From: an uncultured delta proteobacterium
GTDB taxonomy: Bacteria; Myxococcota; UBA727; VGSZ01
Length of the DNA: 64,000 bases
Direction of reading: 5' to 3'
NCBI GenBank assembly: GCA_963775425.1
Contig: CAVZJB010000003.1
Location: 640,001 to 704,000, forward strand
A model generated the notes under the pieces. The model was not told the origin of the DNA, did not search any database, and saw only the letters and a program-made list of their open reading frames with translations. Shown here in pieces: positions 42,056 through 51,746 of the stretch. A program made the position numbers and the translations under genes. Within the stretch, counting starts at the first letter, position 1; every line of letters starts with the position of its first letter.

Positions 42056-42751
42056 ATGCCGACCCGCCGGAAGATTCTCGAGGCCGCGATAGAACGCCAC
42101 CCGGTGACCGCGGAGCTGACCGAGCGGCGCGCGCAGCGGGTCGCGCAGGTGGTGCTCCGGCGGCTGTCCTCGGTGACGGTGGTGATGGAGAACCTCGCGG
42201 ATCCGCACAACGCGAGCGCGGTCCTGCGCACCGCGGAGGGGCTCGGCCTGGACGCCATCCACGTGGTCGAACAGCCCAACCGCTGGGAGAAGAACGCCGC
42301 CATCTCCAAGGGCGCCGACCGCTGGATCGAGGTGGTGCGCCACCAGGGGCTCGCCCGCTGCCTCGGCGACCTCAGCGCGAGCGGCTTCACCCTCTACGCC
42401 GCCGACGTCGGCGACGGCTGCGTCCCCGTCCACGACATCCCCGTCGACACCCCCGTCGCGCTCGTGTTCGGCAGCGAGCGCGACGGGCTGTCGCGGCGGG
42501 CGCGGGCGCTGACCGACGCGCGCTTCACCGTGCCGATGTTCGGCTTCGTCGAGAGCTTCAACGTCTCGGTGTCGGCCGCGCTCGCGCTCTACGACGTCAC
42601 CCTGCGGCGGCGCGCGGCGCTCGGCGCCGAGGGTGACCTCGACGACGCCGGCCTCGCGTCGCGCGCGGACCTCTACTTGCGGCGGGCGCTGAAGAACCCC
42701 GCGCTCATTCGTCGCCTGGAGGCGTCGGGGGCGCTTGCACCACGAGGCTGA
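42056..42751 (+). CDS. TrmH/SpoU-family RNA 2'-O-methyltransferase
   Basis: ENLADPHNASAVLRTAEGLG, VFGSERDGLS, PMFGFVESFNVSV. Confidence 0.92.
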   Translation: MPTRRKILEAAIERHPVTAELTERRAQRVAQVVLRRLSSVTVVMENLADPHNASAVLRTAEGLGLDAIHVVEQPNRWEKNAAISKGADRWIEVVRHQGLARCLGDLSASGFTLYAADVGDGCVPVHDIPVDTPVALVFGSERDGLSRRARALTDARFTVPMFGFVESFNVSVSAALALYDVTLRRRAALGAEGDLDDAGLASRADLYLRRALKNPALIRRLEASGALAPRG

Positions 42752-43157
42752 AGGACAGCGGGCCCGCGCGGGCGGCGACGTCGAGCGTGGTCTCGCCGGC
42801 GGCCCGCGCGGCGACGACGGCGCCCTGGCGTGTCGCGGGGCCGGCGACGGCGCTGCCGGTGTCGCGCGCGGAGACGGTGTCGCCGTCGAGGGCGTCGAGG
42901 TGCACGGGGAGGACGTCGACGAGCGAGCTGTCCCCCGCGCTGATGGTCATGTCGCGGCAGGGGCCGCTGTAGCCGTCGTCCTCATCGTACTCCGTGCACT
43001 CGAGGGCGACGGCGAGCCCTTGCGTGAGCGTGAGGGTGCGCGACTCGACGTCGAGCGACGCCGTGCGCCCCGGCGGCGCCTGGGTGAGCACGGTGACGGT
43101 GGTGCGCGCGCAGCCCCCGAGGGCGACGAGCGCGACGAGGGCGGCGACGCGCTTCAT
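42705..43157 (-). CDS. Lipoprotein, Ig-like beta-rich
   Basis: MKRVAALVALVALGG|C; ATGA overlap with the upstream gene; AARAAGETTLDV. Confidence 0.75.
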   Translation of the reverse strand: MKRVAALVALVALGGCARTTVTVLTQAPPGRTASLDVESRTLTLTQGLAVALECTEYDEDDGYSGPCRDMTISAGDSSLVDVLPVHLDALDGDTVSARDTGSAVAGPATRQGAVVAARAAGETTLDVAARAGPLSFSLVVQAPPTPPGDE

Positions 43158-43801
43158 GGGATCACCTCGAGGGTGAGCGAGCGGGACAGGCCGAGGGCGT
43201 CGACGGTGATGACGGCGGTGCCCTCGTCGGGCGCCCGGACGCGGCGCTCGAGGGCGAAGCCCTGGTCGACGATGCGGAAGGCGTCGTCGTCGACGCTCCA
43301 GGCGTCGCCCATCTCGCCGAGGAGCTGTTGCCCCGCCTGCCAGACGCGCAGCGAGAGCGTGAGCTCTTCGCCGGGGAGCACCTGGATGGCGTCGGGCAGG
43401 GCGCGCTCGTCGACGTCGGCGCCGCCGCCGCGGTGGAAGGTGAGGTGGTCGGCCTTGGCGACGGCGACGTGGGTGAAGTCGAGGACGCTGCCGTCGTCGG
43501 CGAGGACGAGGACCGCGGTGATGCCCGGGGCCACGGCGTGGACGCGGCCCTCGTCGTCGACGGTGGCGACGTTTTCGTCGACGGCCTCGAGGGTGACGGG
43601 GACCGCGGTGCCGCCGGCGATGCGCGGGTGCACCTCGAGGGCGAAGACCGAGCCGGCGGCGAGGGGCGCGTCGACGTCCCCTCGCTGCTGACAGGTGACG
43701 TCGTCGGCGGCGCACGGGGTGGACAGGGCCGTCTGCGCGAGCTCGCCGGTGGTGCACGCGCTCGCGAGCCCCGCGATGAGGACAAGGGCGGTTCGTTTCA
43801 T
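43154..43801 (-). CDS. Lipoprotein with bacterial Ig-like (Big_2-type) domains
   Basis: MKRTALVLIAGLASA|C; DENVATVDDEGRVHAVAPGITAV; RAPDEGTAVITV. Confidence 0.8.
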   Translation of the reverse strand: MKRTALVLIAGLASACTTGELAQTALSTPCAADDVTCQQRGDVDAPLAAGSVFALEVHPRIAGGTAVPVTLEAVDENVATVDDEGRVHAVAPGITAVLVLADDGSVLDFTHVAVAKADHLTFHRGGGADVDERALPDAIQVLPGEELTLSLRVWQAGQQLLGEMGDAWSVDDDAFRIVDQGFALERRVRAPDEGTAVITVDALGLSRSLTLEVIP

Positions 43802-43811
43802 GCGCGGCGCG

Positions 43812-43828
43812 AAGCAACACGGGTGCCA
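43812..43828 (-). promoter_or_regulatory. Putative sigma54 (-24/-12) promoter
   Basis: Minus strand TGGCACCCGTGTTGCTT, near-consensus GG-N10-GC, 12 nt before ATG 43801. Confidence 0.75.
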
Positions 43829-43964
43829 CGACGCGTGCCGCGTTCCGCCGCGCCCACGCGCGCATGGCTCGCGGGCCGCCGCGACATCCGCGTCGCACCT
43901 CCGCGCTCGTCGCTGGCGCTCGTCGCGCGCCCTCGACGTGTCCATCGTCGTGTCCGTCGACGTG

Positions 43965-44019
43965 CCCGTCGTGGGGGCCCGTCGTGGGGGCCCGTCGTGG
44001 GGCCCGACGTGGGGCCCGT
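43965..44019. repeat. Short tandem repeat (~13-14 bp unit CCCGTCGTGGGGG, 3-4 copies)
   Basis: Seen directly in the divergent intergenic region. Confidence 0.7.
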
Positions 44020-44108
44020 GAGCGGCGACTCCACGTGGCGGACGTTTGTGACCGCGGTGGCGCCGATCCCCCTACGCACGCCGGGCCGACGGCACTAGCG
44101 TTGTCGCG

Positions 44109-45167
44109 GTGACGGCGCTGCAGCTTCGACGCCCCGAGCTCGACAATCGCCCGCGGCCTGGCGCCCCGGCCGGCGATCGCGACGCGCGCGCCCGCGCGGT
44201 GCTCGAGCGCATCGCGCCGGTCCACGACGACGGCTTCACCCACGTGCTCGCCACCCTGGTCGACGAGAGCTGGCGCCGCTCGGTCGCGCGCCGCGCCGAG
44301 CGGAGCGCCCCCGGGTTCCTCGCGCTGCCGCTCGTCGGCAAGCTGCGCGCCGGCTACCACACCTATTGCGCGCTCGGGCTGTCGGCCATCGCCTGCTCCC
44401 GCCGCCGCCCGCGCGCCATCGCCGCCGCCGCGCGCGTCGCCGACGCCGTCGGCCTCGGCGAAGGCGCCCTCGCCGCGTGCGCGCGCCGGGCGATGCCGTG
44501 GCTGTACCGGGTCCCGCTCGCGCGCGAGCTCGACCGCGTCGCGGCGGCGTCGGCGTTCATCATCCTCATCGATCAGATCTTCGACGACGAGCTCGTGGAT
44601 CGCCCGGCCGCCGAGCGCGTCGACGCCGTGCGGCGGGTCGTCGGCCTCCCCGCCGCGGCCGGCGCGGCCGTCCCGCGCACGCCGGCGGTCAGCTTCGCGT
44701 GCGCCCTCGTCGACGTGCTCCGCGCGGTGGACCCGCTGCGCTGGCCCGCGCAGGCGGCGCGCGTGGTGGAGTGGGCCGAGTGCGAGGTGCGCCTCGAGGC
44801 CGGCGACCCCAGCGTCGAGCCCCGGCGCGCCACCATCGACGTCAGCATGGAGCTCCTCGGCTTCGCCGCCGGCGCCTACGTCGGCGACGTCGAGCTCGCC
44901 TGGATGCAGGGCATCGCGCGCCTCGGCCAGATGGTGGACGATGTCCTCGACGTCGAAAAAGACCTCGCCGCCGGCCGCGTCACCCTCGGCGCCACGGGCG
45001 GGTGGAACGTCGACACCGTCGCGTCGCTCTACCACCGCCTCCTGGGCGAGACCGCCGCCCTGCTCGACGCCGCCGGCGAGCGTCACCCGGCCACGCGCGC
45101 GCTGTACGAGCGGACCTTCCGCGCCCAGATCCGGCACATGGCCGAAGTCCTCGTCGACAACCCGTGA
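44109..45167 (+). CDS. Isoprenoid-synthase (class I terpene synthase/prenyltransferase) fold protein
   Basis: Two Asp-rich motifs, IDQIFDDELVD and QMVDDVLDVEKD, in an all-helical protein; start uncertain. Confidence 0.7.
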   Translation: MTALQLRRPELDNRPRPGAPAGDRDARARAVLERIAPVHDDGFTHVLATLVDESWRRSVARRAERSAPGFLALPLVGKLRAGYHTYCALGLSAIACSRRRPRAIAAAARVADAVGLGEGALAACARRAMPWLYRVPLARELDRVAAASAFIILIDQIFDDELVDRPAAERVDAVRRVVGLPAAAGAAVPRTPAVSFACALVDVLRAVDPLRWPAQAARVVEWAECEVRLEAGDPSVEPRRATIDVSMELLGFAAGAYVGDVELAWMQGIARLGQMVDDVLDVEKDLAAGRVTLGATGGWNVDTVASLYHRLLGETAALLDAAGERHPATRALYERTFRAQIRHMAEVLVDNP

Positions 45168-45925
45168 GCACGTCGCCCGTGAAGCGCGCGGCGGCGCTGC
45201 GCGCGGTGTCGGCCGCCGCGTGCGCGGTGGCGCTCACCGCGTGCGCGACGCCCGCCGCGCCGTGGGCGCCCGCGCTGATCGACGTCGTCAGGCCGTCCTA
45301 TCCGGAGCTGCGCGGCGCGGTCATCGACGTCGGCGCCGTGCGCACGCCGCGCGCGGCGGGGCAGGCGCTGCCCAATCTGCCGTCGCTGTTCGGCGGCGGG
45401 CCGCGCCGCTACGAGCTGCGCATCGGGGAGCTGGCGGCGCGTCCGGACTGCCCGCTCGCTGCGCGGCGCGCGGTCGTCGCCCACGAGCTCGCGCACATCG
45501 CCGCGATGCAGCGCCGCGACGCGTCCGGTGTGCTCTCGTACGTGGGCGACGCGCTCGTCGACGCGGCCGCGCTCGAGCGGCGCACCGACGTCGAGGTCGT
45601 GGCGCGCGGCTTCGGGGGCGACATGGTGACGCTGCGCACCTGGGCGCGGCGCGTGCCCCGCGGGCCGCTCGATCCGAAGGCGGCCGACGTCGCGCGCGTG
45701 TACTACGGCGTCGACGAGCTCGTCGCGCTCGACGACGTCCGCGTGCGCTGCCCGGCCGTGTTCGCGCGGTTCCTCGCGGCGCCGCCGCGGAGCCTGCGCG
45801 AGATTCTGGACGCACTGTCCCTGAACGCGTTCAGGGGGTGCGAACGAGGTCGTAGCCCACGAGGTGAAGCTTGCCGTCGACGACGCGCACGGTCTCGCCG
45901 AGGTAGCGCCCGACGCCGGCGGTGA
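45164..45925 (+). CDS. Putative lipoprotein zinc metallopeptidase
   Basis: LTA|C lipobox; AVVAHELAHI; ERRTD..VVARGFG; GTGA overlap; 3' end uncertain. Confidence 0.7.
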   Translation: MSTSPVKRAAALRAVSAAACAVALTACATPAAPWAPALIDVVRPSYPELRGAVIDVGAVRTPRAAGQALPNLPSLFGGGPRRYELRIGELAARPDCPLAARRAVVAHELAHIAAMQRRDASGVLSYVGDALVDAAALERRTDVEVVARGFGGDMVTLRTWARRVPRGPLDPKAADVARVYYGVDELVALDDVRVRCPAVFARFLAAPPRSLREILDALSLNAFRGCERGRSPRGEACRRRRARSRRGSARRRR

Positions 45926-47528
45926 TCGCGGTGTCGTCGTCGAGCGGCACGAGCGGCACCGAGAAGGGCGCCGCCGCGTGCGTGATGGCGACGCGGGCCA
46001 CGAGGAAGCCGGCGTCGTCGACGAAGAGGTCGGCGCCGGTGACGGTGATCTGATCGTCGCCGCGATCGGGGTTGTCCCAGTGGCCCACGCGCGCGAGCCA
46101 CGCCGCCGGCAGCGGCGCCGGCTCCACGCGCAGGCCGCGGAGGATGCGCTGCCCGCGCTGCAGCGAGATGAGGGCGCGCTTGCCGTCCACGACGTCGAAC
46201 GCCAGCTCCACGCCTCGCAAGAGGTCCGGCTGGAAGGGGACGACGCCGCCCACGAGGACCCAGGGGACGAAGGTGCGGCGCGCCGTCGGCAAAAGCTCGA
46301 AGGGCTGGTCGAAGGCGCGCCCGCGCAGCGTGTCGCCGTCGCGGGCGAGGGTGATGGTGCCGTACTCGGTGGGGTAGGTGCCGGCGTACGCCTCGAGCTC
46401 CTCGGGGGTGAACGCCGTCGACGAGCGCGCCATGGGTGCCGCGCGCGCCCCGAGCGCGGCACCCATGGCGTCCCACGCCACGATGGAGGGCAGCAGCCCG
46501 GCCTCGCGGGTGTTGGTCATGACGACGACGGCGATGTTCTTTCGCGGGCACACGACGAGCTCCGCGGTGAAGGCGAGGGTCTGCCCGCTGTGCCAGTAGA
46601 CGGGGACGCCGGCGAAGGCGTCGTTTTCGTTGAAGCCGAAGCCGGTGCGCCAGTCGAGGTCGAGGGGCGCGGTGTCGTGCGGCGTGAGGGCCTCCTTCAC
46701 GCGAGGGTCGCTCCCGGCGAGCAGGAAGCGCGCTTCGGCGGCGACGTCGCGCGGGGTGGTGACGAGGCCGTTGGCGGGCGCCGTGATGGGCGCGTTTTCC
46801 ACGAAGGGCTCGCCGTCCACGACGGCGCGGAAGACGTCGCGGGTGGGGACGAAGGTGGAGTGCGTCATCCCGATGGGGCGCAGGGTCCGCGTCTCGGCGA
46901 GCTGCGCGAAGGGCGCGCCGCCGGCGGCCTCGACGACGGCGCCGAGCACCGTGTAGCCGACGTCGCTGTAGCTGAACATCTCGCCCACCGGGCGCACCAT
47001 GTCCTCGTGCGCGAGCGCGTGGACGTGGTCCTCGAAGACCGCGTGCGTGCCGTACATCCCCTTGAGGATGTTCGACGGCAGCCCCGAGTGGTGCGTCATC
47101 AGCGCGCGCGCGGTGATGGCCGGCGTGTCGAAGCGGTGACCGACGGAGAACCACGGCAGCACGTCGGTGATGGGGGCGTCGAGGTCGAGCTTCCCCTCGT
47201 CGCGCAGGGACAGCGCCGTCAGCGACGTCATCAGCTTCGAGATGGAACCGACGCGAAAGCGGCTGTCCAGGGTGGCGCCGCCGAGCATGTCGGACCAGAC
47301 GATGCCGCCCTTGTCGACGAGGACGATGGCGACGGCGTCGGCGCCGCTGTGATCCCTCTCCTCCACCGCGCGCGCGTGGACGTACCGCTCGAGCCCCGCG
47401 AGGTCGCCCTGGCGGGGGCGCGCCGGCGTCGTCGCGCAGGCGGCCGCGAGGAGCGCGAGCGGAGCCCACCGCGCGCGCCGCAGCAGCGCGCCCCACGCGC
47501 GAGGCGCGGCCGGCGGCGCGGCCGTCAC
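45831..47528 (-). CDS. Serine hydrolase (class C beta-lactamase-related) lipoprotein
   Basis: FRVGSISK (SxxK), LMTHHSGL, FSYSD, HSG; LAAA|C. Confidence 0.9.
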   Translation of the reverse strand: MTAAPPAAPRAWGALLRRARWAPLALLAAACATTPARPRQGDLAGLERYVHARAVEERDHSGADAVAIVLVDKGGIVWSDMLGGATLDSRFRVGSISKLMTSLTALSLRDEGKLDLDAPITDVLPWFSVGHRFDTPAITARALMTHHSGLPSNILKGMYGTHAVFEDHVHALAHEDMVRPVGEMFSYSDVGYTVLGAVVEAAGGAPFAQLAETRTLRPIGMTHSTFVPTRDVFRAVVDGEPFVENAPITAPANGLVTTPRDVAAEARFLLAGSDPRVKEALTPHDTAPLDLDWRTGFGFNENDAFAGVPVYWHSGQTLAFTAELVVCPRKNIAVVVMTNTREAGLLPSIVAWDAMGAALGARAAPMARSSTAFTPEELEAYAGTYPTEYGTITLARDGDTLRGRAFDQPFELLPTARRTFVPWVLVGGVVPFQPDLLRGVELAFDVVDGKRALISLQRGQRILRGLRVEPAPLPAAWLARVGHWDNPDRGDDQITVTGADLFVDDAGFLVARVAITHAAAPFSVPLVPLDDDTAITAGVGRYLGETVRVVDGKLHLVGYDLVRTP

Positions 47529-47977
47529 GACGAGGGGTCGCGCGCCGAGCGCTTCTCGGTCGACGAGAGAAAGCCGTGGACGACGTACACCGGCTCGCCG
47601 CGGTCGCTCACCTGAAGCTCGGCGCGGCCCCGCGTGGTGAGGGCGTCGAGCGCGTCTTCGGCGACGTCGAGGGAGACGGAGGCCCCGAGCGCGACCTCGG
47701 CGATGGTCAGGCGCCCCTCGCTCCGGGCGGCGAGCGCCAGGATGCGCGTCTCGAGGTCGCCGCCCTGGCCGGCGGCGCGGCGGCGCGTGGGCAGGCCGCG
47801 CCACGCGACGCGCGCGCACAGGGCGGTGAGCGTGCCGAAGAAGAACGTGAGCCCCGCGAGCACGCCCGGCGGCGTGGGCGAGCCGCCGAGCACGAGGTCG
47901 TGCAGGGCCATGATGGTGAAGGCCCCGCAGAACGCGGCGAGGAGCCCGCCGACGATGCGCGCGAGGGTCCTCAGCAC
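47525..47977 (-). CDS. Two-TM membrane protein with C-terminal winged-helix-like domain
   Basis: Two hydrophobic segments, then ILALAA..EGRLTIAEVA...AEDALDAL...VSDRGEPVY. Confidence 0.75.
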   Translation of the reverse strand: MLRTLARIVGGLLAAFCGAFTIMALHDLVLGGSPTPPGVLAGLTFFFGTLTALCARVAWRGLPTRRRAAGQGGDLETRILALAARSEGRLTIAEVALGASVSLDVAEDALDALTTRGRAELQVSDRGEPVYVVHGFLSSTEKRSARDPSS

Positions 47978-48026
47978 GGGCGCCTCGCGCGTCCGCGCAC
48001 CGGGAAGGGGAGGAGGGGCAGGGGGC

Positions 48027-51000
48027 TCATTGGATGCGGACGTTCACCGTTTTGCTGATGCCCGCCTCCTCCATGGTGATGCCGTAGAGCTGGTCGGCGA
48101 CCTCCATGGTCTTTTTGTTGTGGGTGATGACGATGAACTGCGACAGCGAGGAGACGTCGCGCACCATGTCGTTGAAGCGGCCGACGTTGGCCTCGTCGAG
48201 CGGGGCGTCGACCTCGTCGAGCACGCAGAACGGCGACGGCTTCAACAAGAAGATGGAGAAGATGAGCGACACCGCCGTGAGCGCCTGCTCGCCGCCGGAC
48301 ATCATGGTGACGGCGCCGAGCTTCTTGCCCGGGGGCTGCGCGTAGATCTCCACGCCGGTGGCGAGCAAGTCGTTCGGGTCGGTGAGCGCGAGCCATGCCT
48401 TGCCGCCGCGGAACAGCCGCGGGAACACCTGCTGGAACCGCTCGTTGACGCCGTCGAAGGTCTCCTGGAACCGCTTCTTCGTCGTGCGGTTGATCTTCAC
48501 GATGGCTTTTTCGAGCTGGTTGAGGGCGTGGGTGAGGTCGTCGGTCTGCGTCTTCAGGAAGTCGAAGCGCGTCTCGAGCTCCTGGCACTCGTCGATGGCG
48601 GTGAGGTTGATGGCGCCGAGCGACTCCACCTGCCGCTCGAGCTCGGCGAGCTTGTCGCCCGCGTCCTCGGGGGGCATCTCGCGCATGTGGTAGTCGAACA
48701 GCGCCTCCTGCGGCGTGATGCGGTGATGCTCGATGCAGCGATCGACGATGGCGTCGAGCTCGAGCTCGCGCTCCTTGATGCGCACCTGCAGGTCGGCGTG
48801 GGAGCCGCGGGCGGAGTCGAGGGCGGCGCGGGCGGCGCGCGCCTCGTGCTCCTTCACGCGAACACCTTCGCTGTTCTTCTCGTAGAGAACGCGCGCCTCT
48901 TCGAGCGACGTCTTGAGGGACACGCGCTCTTCGCCGAGGACCGCGAGGAGCGAGCGGGCCTCGGTCTCCTGGCGCGTGAGCTCCTCGCGCTCGCCGTGGC
49001 CGTCCTCGATCTGCTTTTGGAGGCGCGCGAGGCGCTCGTCCATGTCGCCGGCCTGGCGCTCGCTCTGCTCGAGGTTCTTCTTGAGCATCTCCTTGCGCTC
49101 GGCGATGGACGCGGCGCGCACCTTCATGGTGGTGACGGCGTCCTGCTGCGCGGCGATGGACTGGTCGAGGCTCAACAGCGCCTGGCCGCGCTGCTGGAGC
49201 TCGGCCTCGTGGGCCGCGCGCTGCGACTCGGCTTCGGCGAGGCGCGTCTGGCGCGTCTCGAGGTCCGTGTGGGCGTGGGCGAGCGACTCGTCGAGGGCGG
49301 CCTCGTCCTGGCGGAGCTTGGCGGCGCGCTGCTCGATGCGCACGAGCTCCTCCTGGTGGCGACGCAGCGCGCCCCTCTGCTCGACGAGCTTGAGCTGCAG
49401 CCCCTGGATGCGGTCGCCGGTGCGGACGATGCGCTCGTCGAGCTCGGCCACGGCGACGGTCTTTTCGTCGACGGCGGCGGACAGCTCGGCGACGGCGGCC
49501 TCGAGGGCGGCGACCTGCTCCGACAGCTCGCGCATCTCGCGCTTCTGCTTGAGCACGCCGCCGTCGGCGGCGGCGCTGGAGCCGCCGCGCACGGCGCCGC
49601 TCGGCTCGAGCACCTCGCCCGCGCGCGTGACCAACGTGAGGCCCTTGTCCCGGGCCGCGGGCCACAGGGCGAACGCCGCCGCGCGATCGTCGACGACGAA
49701 GATGCGCGACAGCACGCTTTGCACCGCGCGCCCCTTGCCGCCGACCGTGACGGTGTCGAGCACGCGTACGGCCGGGGCGCCGCCCGCCGCCGACGCTCCG
49801 TCGTGGGGCGCGACGGCGTCGAGCGTCGGCGCCATGGCGTCGTCGACGAGCAGGTCAGCGCGGCCCTTGCCTTGCGCCAGGGCGTCGAACGCCGCGGCCG
49901 CCGCGTCGTTGTCGTCGACGACGACGGCGTGCAGCCGCGCGCCGAGCGCGGCCTCGATGGGCAGCTCGAGATCGCGGGGGGCCTCGAAGAGGTCCACGAG
50001 CAGCTTGCCGCGCCCCTCGAGCGGACCGCCGCGCTTCAAGAGCGCGCGCACCGCCTCCGGGCTCTGCTCGTAGCGCGCGTGGATCTCCTCGAGGGAGTGC
50101 AGCCGGCCGCGCTTCTTCTGCAGCTCGTCCTTCCGGTCGTCGAGCGCGCGCGCCGCCTCCTCGAGCTCGCGGCGCCCCTCCGTGATCTGCTTGGCCAGCG
50201 CGGCCCGCTCACCGTCCGCCGCCTGCCGCTCGTCGTCGAGCCGCTTGTGGTCCACCTCGACGGACGCCACCGCCTCCCGCGCCAGCGCCTCCTCGTCCGC
50301 GAGCGGCGCGAGCTCCGCCGCCACCGACTCCTTGCGGTGCGCCATCTGCTCCAGTGACGCTTTGAGGTTCACGACGTCGCTGGCGGCCTTGGCCGCCTCC
50401 GTGGACCGCTCGATCACGTCACGGCGCAGGGCCTCCACGCGCGCGGCCTCCTCGGTGCGCCGCGCCTTCTCGGCGTCGAGCGCCTGCTGCGCCTCCTCGA
50501 GGGCGCCCGCGTCGTTGTCGAGCTCGAGCTCGAGCTGCACCCTCCCCTTCTTGAGCTCGGCCAGGGCGCCTTCGAGCAGCATGCGCTGCTCCTTCAGGCG
50601 CTCCACCTCGACCGCCGCCTCCTCGTCGCGCTTCAGGCTGCGCTCGTGCTCCTTCTTGGCGTGCTCGGCCGTCTGCTCGTTGAGCGCCAGGCCGTTGTCG
50701 ATCTCGTACAGGCGCGCCTGCTTCTCCGACAGCGCGTGCTCGTCGTCGACGAGGGCGGCGCGGTTGCCTTCGATCTCCGCCTCGAGGCGCGCGACGCGAT
50801 CGACGTCGCCCTGCACGTTGGCCGTGACGGCGGCGTAGAGGTCGCGATCGAAGGCGATGGCGTTGGTGAGCTCGAGGAAGCGGAAGGTGCTCCGGTGCAG
50901 CTCGATCTCGCGCACCTGCGCGCGCAGCTCGCGGAACTTCTCGGCCTTCTTGGCCTGGCGGCGCAGGGAGCCGAGCCGCCGGCCGATCTCCTTGGTGACG

Positions 51001-51590
51001 TCGTCGATGCGCTGGAGGTTCTGCCTCGTGGCCTCCATCTTCCTGACGGCGGCGTCCTTGCGGGCCTTGTACTTGGTGATGCCCGCGGCCTCCTCGATGA
51101 TGCGGCGGCGGTCCTCGGGCTTCACCCGCATGATCTCGGCGACCTGGCCCTGCTGGATGATCGAGTAGGCTTTGGAGCCCACGCCGGTGCCGAGGAACAG
51201 GTCGTTGATGTCCTTCAGGCGGCACGGGGTCTTGTTGATCTCGTAGTCGCTCTCGCCGTCCCTGAAGAGCCGGCGGGTCACCTGGATCTCGTGGTGCTGC
51301 GCGTACTCCGCCGGCACGCCCTGGCCGTCGACGTTTTCGAAGGTCAGGGAGACCTCCGCCATCCCCACGGGCCCGCGCTTCTCGGAGCCGTTGAAGATGA
51401 CGTCCTGCATGGAGCCCCCGCGCAGGTGCCGCGCGGACTGCTCGCCCATCACCCAGCGGATGGCGTCGACGATGTTGGACTTGCCGCACCCGTTCGGCCC
51501 GACCACCCCGGTGATGCCACCGCCGAAGCGGATGGTGGTGCGATCGGCAAAGGACTTGAACCCCTGGATGTCGAGCTTCTGGATGCGCAT
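48027..51590 (-). CDS. smc: Chromosome segregation protein SMC
   Basis: GFKSF, GPNGCGKSN, long coiled coils with hinge, MSGGE signature, LDEVDAPLD, ITH. Confidence 0.98.
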   Translation of the reverse strand: MRIQKLDIQGFKSFADRTTIRFGGGITGVVGPNGCGKSNIVDAIRWVMGEQSARHLRGGSMQDVIFNGSEKRGPVGMAEVSLTFENVDGQGVPAEYAQHHEIQVTRRLFRDGESDYEINKTPCRLKDINDLFLGTGVGSKAYSIIQQGQVAEIMRVKPEDRRRIIEEAAGITKYKARKDAAVRKMEATRQNLQRIDDVTKEIGRRLGSLRRQAKKAEKFRELRAQVREIELHRSTFRFLELTNAIAFDRDLYAAVTANVQGDVDRVARLEAEIEGNRAALVDDEHALSEKQARLYEIDNGLALNEQTAEHAKKEHERSLKRDEEAAVEVERLKEQRMLLEGALAELKKGRVQLELELDNDAGALEEAQQALDAEKARRTEEAARVEALRRDVIERSTEAAKAASDVVNLKASLEQMAHRKESVAAELAPLADEEALAREAVASVEVDHKRLDDERQAADGERAALAKQITEGRRELEEAARALDDRKDELQKKRGRLHSLEEIHARYEQSPEAVRALLKRGGPLEGRGKLLVDLFEAPRDLELPIEAALGARLHAVVVDDNDAAAAAFDALAQGKGRADLLVDDAMAPTLDAVAPHDGASAAGGAPAVRVLDTVTVGGKGRAVQSVLSRIFVVDDRAAAFALWPAARDKGLTLVTRAGEVLEPSGAVRGGSSAAADGGVLKQKREMRELSEQVAALEAAVAELSAAVDEKTVAVAELDERIVRTGDRIQGLQLKLVEQRGALRRHQEELVRIEQRAAKLRQDEAALDESLAHAHTDLETRQTRLAEAESQRAAHEAELQQRGQALLSLDQSIAAQQDAVTTMKVRAASIAERKEMLKKNLEQSERQAGDMDERLARLQKQIEDGHGEREELTRQETEARSLLAVLGEERVSLKTSLEEARVLYEKNSEGVRVKEHEARAARAALDSARGSHADLQVRIKERELELDAIVDRCIEHHRITPQEALFDYHMREMPPEDAGDKLAELERQVESLGAINLTAIDECQELETRFDFLKTQTDDLTHALNQLEKAIVKINRTTKKRFQETFDGVNERFQQVFPRLFRGGKAWLALTDPNDLLATGVEIYAQPPGKKLGAVTMMSGGEQALTAVSLIFSIFLLKPSPFCVLDEVDAPLDEANVGRFNDMVRDVSSLSQFIVITHNKKTMEVADQLYGITMEEAGISKTVNVRIQ

Positions 51591-51746
51591 CGTGCCTCGT
51601 GAGTTGCGACCGGAGCGAGCGGCCGCGCTTCAAATGCACGGTCGACGGCCTCTCGTAAAGAGGACGGCCGGGGCCTCGCGCCGTCGCCGAATCGTGTCGG
51701 GCTCAAGCTCGATAGAGCTTCAGCTTCCAGATGGAACCCTGTGACG

